Positions 48,023-52,591 of a DNA stretch of 52,591 nucleotides are shown here, one piece after another. Position 1 is the first letter of the stretch. Each line of letters starts with the position of its first letter. Origin of the DNA: Candidatus Kerfeldbacteria bacterium CG08_land_8_20_14_0_20_40_16 (GTDB lineage Bacteria; Patescibacteriota; Patescibacteriia; UM-FILTER-42-10); assembly GCA_002774635.1 (NCBI GenBank), contig PEXU01000047.1, positions 1-52,591 of the forward strand, in the 5' to 3' direction. The notes below the pieces were generated by a model. It was given only the letters and a program-made list of their open reading frames with translations, searched no databases and was not told where the DNA came from. A program made the position numbers and the translations under genes.

Positions 48023-49105
48023 TCATCTTGCTAAAAAATAATACATCCCGCCTAAATTTCTCACCTTTCCCTTCATTTCCATTAAAGTCAAAGCGGAATT
48101 AACGGTGGATGTTGATAACCCGCTGTTTTTTACTATCTGATCGATATGAACGGGATCCTGGGAAAATGATTTAAGAATTAATTCCTCTTCTTTGGTGTCG
48201 GCAATGATTTTTCTTACTTCTTGGGAACTGGTGAGTTGTTTTAGGTTCAATGGTTCCAAGATATCCTCTGCTTTAGTAACTGCCCGAGCCCCCATTTTAA
48301 TCAGATTATTGGGCCCCTCGGAATTTTTGCTGTAGATGCTCCCGGGAACGGCAAAAACCTCCCGGTTTTGCTCTAAGGCCAGCCGCGCCGTGATTAATGC
48401 GCCGGATTTTTCCCCGGCTTCAATTACCAAAGTGCCGATAGACAGCCCGGAAATAATCCGGTTTCGAATAGGAAAGTGGTGTTTCAAGGCAGCCGTACCT
48501 AAGGGATATTCTGAAATCAGGGCCCCGCCAGCAACCAAAATTTCTTCTGCTAGACGGTAGTTTGCTCGGGGGTAAACTAAATCCAGCCCGCCAGCCAGTA
48601 CCCCAACTGTTCTTCCTTTTGCTTGTAAAGTTGCCTGGTGAGCAAAAGAATCGATTCCTAAAGCTAATCCTGAAACAATGGTTAATCCTGCTCTAGAAAG
48701 ATTGCTAACCAGATCAGAAGCCACCCCTCTCCCGTAAGCCGAAGATTTTCTAGTGCCTACCACGGCCAGCATCAATTCGTCTTTTGTCAGGATACCTTTA
48801 AGATAAAGAAGAGGCGGGGGATCATATATTTCTTTTAAAAGAGCAGGATAATTATTATCCAGCAGGGTGATAATCTTTATTCCGTTTTTCCTCAACTTTC
48901 CCCACTCTTTAAGGGGATCAATCTCTTTTGGCAAGTTGGTGATTTTTGCTGCTGTTTTGGGATGAATCCCGCATCGTTTTATTTCTCTCATCGGCGCCTC
49001 CCAGGCCTCTTTCAGCGAAGAAAAACGGCTCAAAAGCTTCCGGAAAGTAGCAGGCCCGGTTTCAGGGATTTGATTGAAAGCGTTCCAATAAGGTTGATCG
49101 AACAT
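48023..49105 (-). CDS. dprA: DNA processing protein DprA (Smf)
   Basis: Rossmann core motif VVGTRKSSAYG...SGLALGID and a C-terminal winged helix. Confidence 0.85.
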   Translation of the reverse strand: MFDQPYWNAFNQIPETGPATFRKLLSRFSSLKEAWEAPMREIKRCGIHPKTAAKITNLPKEIDPLKEWGKLRKNGIKIITLLDNNYPALLKEIYDPPPLLYLKGILTKDELMLAVVGTRKSSAYGRGVASDLVSNLSRAGLTIVSGLALGIDSFAHQATLQAKGRTVGVLAGGLDLVYPRANYRLAEEILVAGGALISEYPLGTAALKHHFPIRNRIISGLSIGTLVIEAGEKSGALITARLALEQNREVFAVPGSIYSKNSEGPNNLIKMGARAVTKAEDILEPLNLKQLTSSQEVRKIIADTKEEELILKSFSQDPVHIDQIVKNSGLSTSTVNSALTLMEMKGKVRNLGGMYYFLAR

Positions 49106-49355
49106 AGTTGACAGGATATAATTAATCTGATAAGATAAGGCGTTTTTGAAGTAATCTATTAATAAGCAGTGCCGGAGGGTAAAATGTTCTTTGACTTTTT
49201 TGCGAGACTGCCAGCGCCAGTTTGTTTGGCAATCGTATTAATCTGCTTTCCTATTCTGATTGGAATAGCAGCATTGTGTTTTTTTGCATCTCTTCCGGTT
49301 ATTCTGTATTTCATCCTGAGCATTTATTTCAGTTTTCGAGCCTAAAGGAGGAATC

Positions 49356-49604
49356 ATGGAGAGTGCAGGACAGGGAAGTTTATTTGCCGGAGCTTCATTG
49401 GATCCCCCTAAGCAGGGGACTATTCAATGGACCATTAGAATCAGTGGGAGGCGGGTGGTTGTGTATGCTGCTTCTAAAAGAGAAGCATTTGCTGACGCGG
49501 CTAGTGCGGTGAGACCACTGGAGGGCCGTGGTATTGAACGTCGTTACCGGCTTGCGCTCCAAATGGGCGCCAAAGTTATTTCCAAGACCCCGATCATAGT
49601 CTAG
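49356..49604 (+). CDS. Small hypothetical protein (82 aa)
   Basis: Strong Shine-Dalgarno site (aaaggagg-5nt-ATG) and a downstream terminator at 49625-49668. Confidence 0.5.
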   Translation: MESAGQGSLFAGASLDPPKQGTIQWTIRISGRRVVVYAASKREAFADAASAVRPLEGRGIERRYRLALQMGAKVISKTPIIV

Positions 49605-49624
49605 GGCTGAAGGTTGGGAATTAA

Positions 49625-49668
49625 CGAAAACAGGGCTTTCTTCTTGTTAGAACGCCCTGTTTTTTCTT
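49625..49668 (+). terminator. Rho-independent terminator
   Basis: aaaacagggctttcttcttgttagaacgccctgttttttc. Confidence 0.65.
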
Positions 49669-49770
49669 TATTCCAGTGTAACAGAGGAAGCAGTTTTTTT
49701 CAAGTTTGTGCGTATTAAGAAATTAGGAGTTGGCTTCTAAACCCTGTGCTATAAGCCAGATTAGAGCTCT

Positions 49771-49800
49771 TGACATCAGATTTTATTGTGCTAACATGGA
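49771..49800 (+). promoter_or_regulatory. Strong sigma70-like promoter TTGACA-16-TAACAT pointing into a 300-bp non-coding stretch and the tRNA-like cluster
   Basis: cttgacatcagattttattgtgctaacat. Confidence 0.45.
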
Positions 49801-50109
49801 AAACTCCTAAAAAGATACACTTTTACAATATTTAGCCATACTACTCAGGCAGCCGCTTACAAGCGGTGAAAGCTAGGCAACCCCTCCTACGCCAAAGCTG
49901 GTAGCCATCAAGTATAAGGTTTATCCCTTCTGGGTTGGACTTTATTGCTTGTAGGCGGCTCTTTGGGCAGTATTTCAACAAGTATCCGGAGTACTATTTA
50001 TAAGTCCCGGGAAAAGGAAGGATGTTGTGATCCTCCTTAAACAATGTCTCTTCCTCCCGCTTATAAATAGTATTCTGGATATTTTATAAATGGCTCTTTT
50101 GGGATAATA

Positions 50110-50217
50110 GCCCCCATAGCTCAATTGGTTAGAGCAGCGGCCTGAAAAGCTGTTAGCAGTGGTTCCCCGGCCGCCTGCTGACGCAGTCAGCGGGGCAGGC
50201 AATTCCACTTGGGGGCA
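50110..50217 (+). tRNA. tRNA-Phe(GAA)-like gene with perfect acceptor, D and anticodon arms but a 35-nt GC-rich hairpin insertion inside the T-loop (between 56 and 57); no CCA encoded
   Basis: GCCCCCA-TA-GCTCAATTGGTTAGAGC-A-GCGGC-CTGAAAA-GCTGT-TAGCA-AGTGG-TTC[CCCGGCCGCCTGCTGACGCAGTCAGCGGGGCAGGC]AATT-CCACT-TGGGGGC-A. Confidence 0.5.
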
Positions 50218-50590
50218 CGAAAAATCAGATTGCGGGCGTAGTCCCGACGTTCCGACAGTTATGTCGAAAGTCGGGATCCCGACTTCGCCTTTTGCGAACG
50301 TCGGGACTCAGTTGGTAGACCCGCCCGCCGCCGATGTAGCTCCCGCCGACGCTTTCGTTGCACTCAAGCTTTGGCGGGCGAGAGGTGTATATTGAATAAT
50401 CCACTCGCCCATCGTAACTTGGGTTAATACCCAAGCGTAGTTGGGCCAATGTAGCTAAGTCGGTAAAGCAACTCCGGTAAGGAGTAGGTCCGCGGTTCAA
50501 GTCCGCGCATCAGCTCCAGGCGGCTGGCGGGCGGGGCGTCTCTTGGTAAGAAGAGGGTCACTGGTTCGACTCCAGTCGTCCGCTCATAAT
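50218..50590 (+). other. GC-rich cluster of tRNA-like modules and nested palindromes. At 50232-50312 a nested-palindrome segment carrying D-loop-like TCAGTTGGTAGA; at 50440-50517 a tRNA-like element with canonical T-arm CGCGG-TTCAAGT-CCGCG, acceptor 3' strand and CCA; at 50531-50590 a 58-nt acceptor/T-arm minihelix (ACTGG-TTCGACT-CCAGT).
   Basis: Acceptor-stem complementarity (GCGGGCG/CGTCCGC with one G-U), T-loop consensus, D-loop-like TCAGTTGGTAGA, and perfect inverted repeats GTCCCGACG/CGTCGGGAC. Confidence 0.4.
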
Positions 50591-50628
50591 TGTTCTTCGG
50601 CTCAAGAATTTTCTTGAGCTTTTTTTAA

Positions 50629-51825
50629 TTACGCTAATTGGTTGGTCCGGGCAATTTGGGCGTAATATTCTCCGCTTGGTCTGATTTTTCTTTCTTGGGT
50701 TTTGAAATTTACGCTGAATAATCCAAACTTTTTACTGTAGCCTTCCCGCCATTCGAAATTGTCCATTAGCGACCAATGAAAGTATCCCCGGATATCGTAT
50801 CCTTCCAAAATCTTTTGATGCAATACGACAAGGTGGTCCTGAATGAACTTTATGCGCATTTTATCCTTGGCGTCGGCAATTCCATTCTCTGTGATATACA
50901 AAGGTTTATTAAATCGGGCAGCAAATTCAATTACCCGGCCTAATCCTTCCGGATAAATTTCCCAGCCATAATCGCTAACCGGAACATTTTGGGGCACCGT
51001 ATCTTTAAAGAAAGTACTGGATTGGTACAGTTTTAGTTTAACGCGAGAATGATAATAGTAATTGATGCCGATAAAATCCAGTGAATTAGCAGTTTGTTCC
51101 AGAAACCAACGGTTGTGCCATTGATGACCCAACCGGGCGGCCAGGTGATCCGTCGGCAACCAGGATCGATAAGGATCAAAGGCAATTAAGTTTTTCGCTA
51201 TCCCGACTTCCGATTGAGAATCCACCTTCTTAATTAATCCGTAAGCCAGTCGGTGGGCTTTTACCAAGTTTTTCCTGACCTCGTTGGCCGCAGAAATAGA
51301 TTTTTCTTGAGGAGGCCAGTATCCCGCCAAAAATCCCAGCTCAGTGTAAACATCCGGCTCGTTCAGGGAAATCCAGTATTTTACTGGAGGTAGGCTTTCC
51401 ACCATCTTCTGGCAATACCGGCTAAAAAGTTCTGGCGCCTGTTTATTTTTCCATCCTCCTTTTTTGGCAAACCAGTTGGGATTGGTGAAGTGATGCAGAG
51501 TAACGAATGGTTCGATCCCTAGTTTCTGTAACTCAACAACCATTTGCTGGTAGCGATTGATTGCTGCTTGATTCCATTTTCCTTCCTCTGGCTCGATTCT
51601 GCTCCATTCAATGGAAAAACGGTAGGCGTTGTTATTCAGTTTTTGAATTAAATCAAAATCTTCCAGATAGCGATTCCAGCTGTCGCAGGCTTGGCCAGAA
51701 AGAGTGCCATCATTAATTTTTCCCGGTTCCCATTCAATCCAATCATTATTCTGGCCGCCCTCTATTTGATGCGCTGAAGTAGCAGTACCCCAAAAGAAAC
51801 CCTCTGGGAATTTTTTTGTCTTCAT
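50629..51825 (-). CDS. GH1 family beta-glucosidase (short form)
   Basis: Acid/base LNEPDVY and nucleophile ITENG motifs, with an N-terminal FxWGxATSAHQ. Confidence 0.8.
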   Translation of the reverse strand: MKTKKFPEGFFWGTATSAHQIEGGQNNDWIEWEPGKINDGTLSGQACDSWNRYLEDFDLIQKLNNNAYRFSIEWSRIEPEEGKWNQAAINRYQQMVVELQKLGIEPFVTLHHFTNPNWFAKKGGWKNKQAPELFSRYCQKMVESLPPVKYWISLNEPDVYTELGFLAGYWPPQEKSISAANEVRKNLVKAHRLAYGLIKKVDSQSEVGIAKNLIAFDPYRSWLPTDHLAARLGHQWHNRWFLEQTANSLDFIGINYYYHSRVKLKLYQSSTFFKDTVPQNVPVSDYGWEIYPEGLGRVIEFAARFNKPLYITENGIADAKDKMRIKFIQDHLVVLHQKILEGYDIRGYFHWSLMDNFEWREGYSKKFGLFSVNFKTQERKIRPSGEYYAQIARTNQLA

Positions 51826-52358
51826 TATGCTAAAAGCTTTTGGATATTAGTGATGAATTGAGGCAGGAGTTCTTTTAACTCCTTTTTTTCCTGGCGATTA
51901 AATTTTTTTAAAACAAAATCGGACGGATCCATTTTGGCTAAATAATCATTCTTAATGCCAATTTTTATCTGAGTAAAATCTTGTAATCCAAGCTGTTCAA
52001 TTATAGAAGTGATTCCCTTATGGCCTCCGGAAGAACTGTCCTTTTTCTCGCGGTACTGTCCGAATTCCAAATCCAGGTCATCCCGAATCGCCAGAATATC
52101 CTTAGGGCTTATTTTATAAAATCTTTGGATTAATCCCACGGCCTGTCCGGAATTGTTCATGTGGGTCAAAGGCTTAGCTAGAATTATCTTTTGTCCGTTG
52201 AAGGTTCCTTCAGAAATAGCGCTTTGGAATTTACTTTCCGTCTTAAACTTTGCCAAATCCAAAACCGAGCGCAATTCTTCAATTATTTGCCATCCAATAT
52301 TGTGTCTGGTTTTTTCGTATTTTTTTCCGGGATTTCCCAAACCCACCACTAGTTTCAT
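51825..52358 (-). CDS. pth: Peptidyl-tRNA hydrolase
   Basis: N-terminal VGLGNPG, plus HNIG and other catalytic motifs. Confidence 0.9.
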   Translation of the reverse strand: MKLVVGLGNPGKKYEKTRHNIGWQIIEELRSVLDLAKFKTESKFQSAISEGTFNGQKIILAKPLTHMNNSGQAVGLIQRFYKISPKDILAIRDDLDLEFGQYREKKDSSSGGHKGITSIIEQLGLQDFTQIKIGIKNDYLAKMDPSDFVLKKFNRQEKKELKELLPQFITNIQKLLA

Positions 52359-52591
52359 TTTTTACTTTTACTCTGTTTAATAATTAGCGGTGTTCCCCAC
52401 AGACTAAATTCCATCCGCAAAGAATTTTTTAAAATGTCCATCACGGCAGCCGGTATTTCGGTTTTCGGGGCGGCGGTGATGGTGAATTGAGGTGGAGCGG
52501 TTCCGAATTGCTCAATGGATTCAAGAGAAGGAGTTTCTTTATTCTTAATTCCTGGAGATAAATTTTTATTAAAGAAATTCAGAAATGATTG
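52355..52591 (-). CDS. 3' end of an upstream gene (partial); by synteny possibly rplY/ctc, but not recognisable from this fragment
   Basis: Open frame to the window edge on the minus strand; its stop overlaps the pth start codon (ATGA). Confidence 0.3.
   Translation of the reverse strand, partial: QSFLNFFNKNLSPGIKNKETPSLESIEQFGTAPPQFTITAAPKTEIPAAVMDILKNSLRMEFSLWGTPLIIKQSKSKK

Noticed and set aside
50159-50500. Six-frame ORFs 50159..50395 (+), 50225..50500 (-) and 49975..50208 (-)
   Set aside because: They lie entirely within the GC-rich tRNA-like RNA cluster. Their length is a by-product of GC-rich sequence lacking stop codons. They have no ribosome-binding sites and no protein-like composition.
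50177-50517. tmRNA (ssrA) hypothesis for the GC-rich region
   Set aside because: A 341-nt span has acceptor-like ends (GCTGACG ... CATCAGC-T-CCA) and a T-arm. However, there is no GGxUUCGAC D-analog after the 5' acceptor strand and no tag ORF ending in ...LAA-stop, and the 5' strand overlaps the tRNA-Phe-like module. The hypothesis is not supported without a covariance-model hit.

Overview
The window reads as a streamlined, AT-rich, CPR/Patescibacteria-like bacterial genome segment. TAG is used as an ordinary stop codon; Shine-Dalgarno sites are sometimes strong and sometimes absent. Housekeeping content includes a complete IS element (8..1079, terminal inverted repeats), a purB-like lyase, ispH, trxB, a Fur-family regulator, a suf cluster (sufC, sufB, short sufD, Rieske protein, sufS, sufU) with sodA, and a purA interrupted by one in-frame TAG. 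Further along are an nrdR–nrdJ (B12-dependent RNR)–cobO block with tandem NrdR boxes, an adjacent cobalamin riboswitch controlling a DUF4430-like lipoprotein and a small membrane protein, a cell-envelope block (DPBB+D,D-carboxypeptidase fusion, two large GT-C-like membrane proteins), an SPFH/NfeD-like pair, three tRNAs (Met, fMet, Leu-CAA) with a GIY-YIG nuclease ORF wedged among them, parA/parB, an O-antigen-ligase/TPR membrane protein, rel, topA, dprA, a GH1 beta-glucosidase and pth. The parts worth a second look are these. (i) tRNA genes and tRNA-half duplicates carry GC-rich palindromic insertions in D- or T-loops, including a 480-bp GC-rich cluster of tRNA-like modules at 50110..50590. 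(ii) A dispersed ~100-bp AT-rich hairpin repeat family built on AATTTTCAAT sits immediately 5' of start codons and brackets a four-helix-bundle gene. (iii) A second, palindromic repeat family (GTAGGCGAATTT...AAATTCGCCTAC) occurs three times. (iv) A B12 acquisition–adenosylation–use module is present in an otherwise reduced genome. (v) A GC-richer crotonase-pair island is flanked by the AT-rich repeats.
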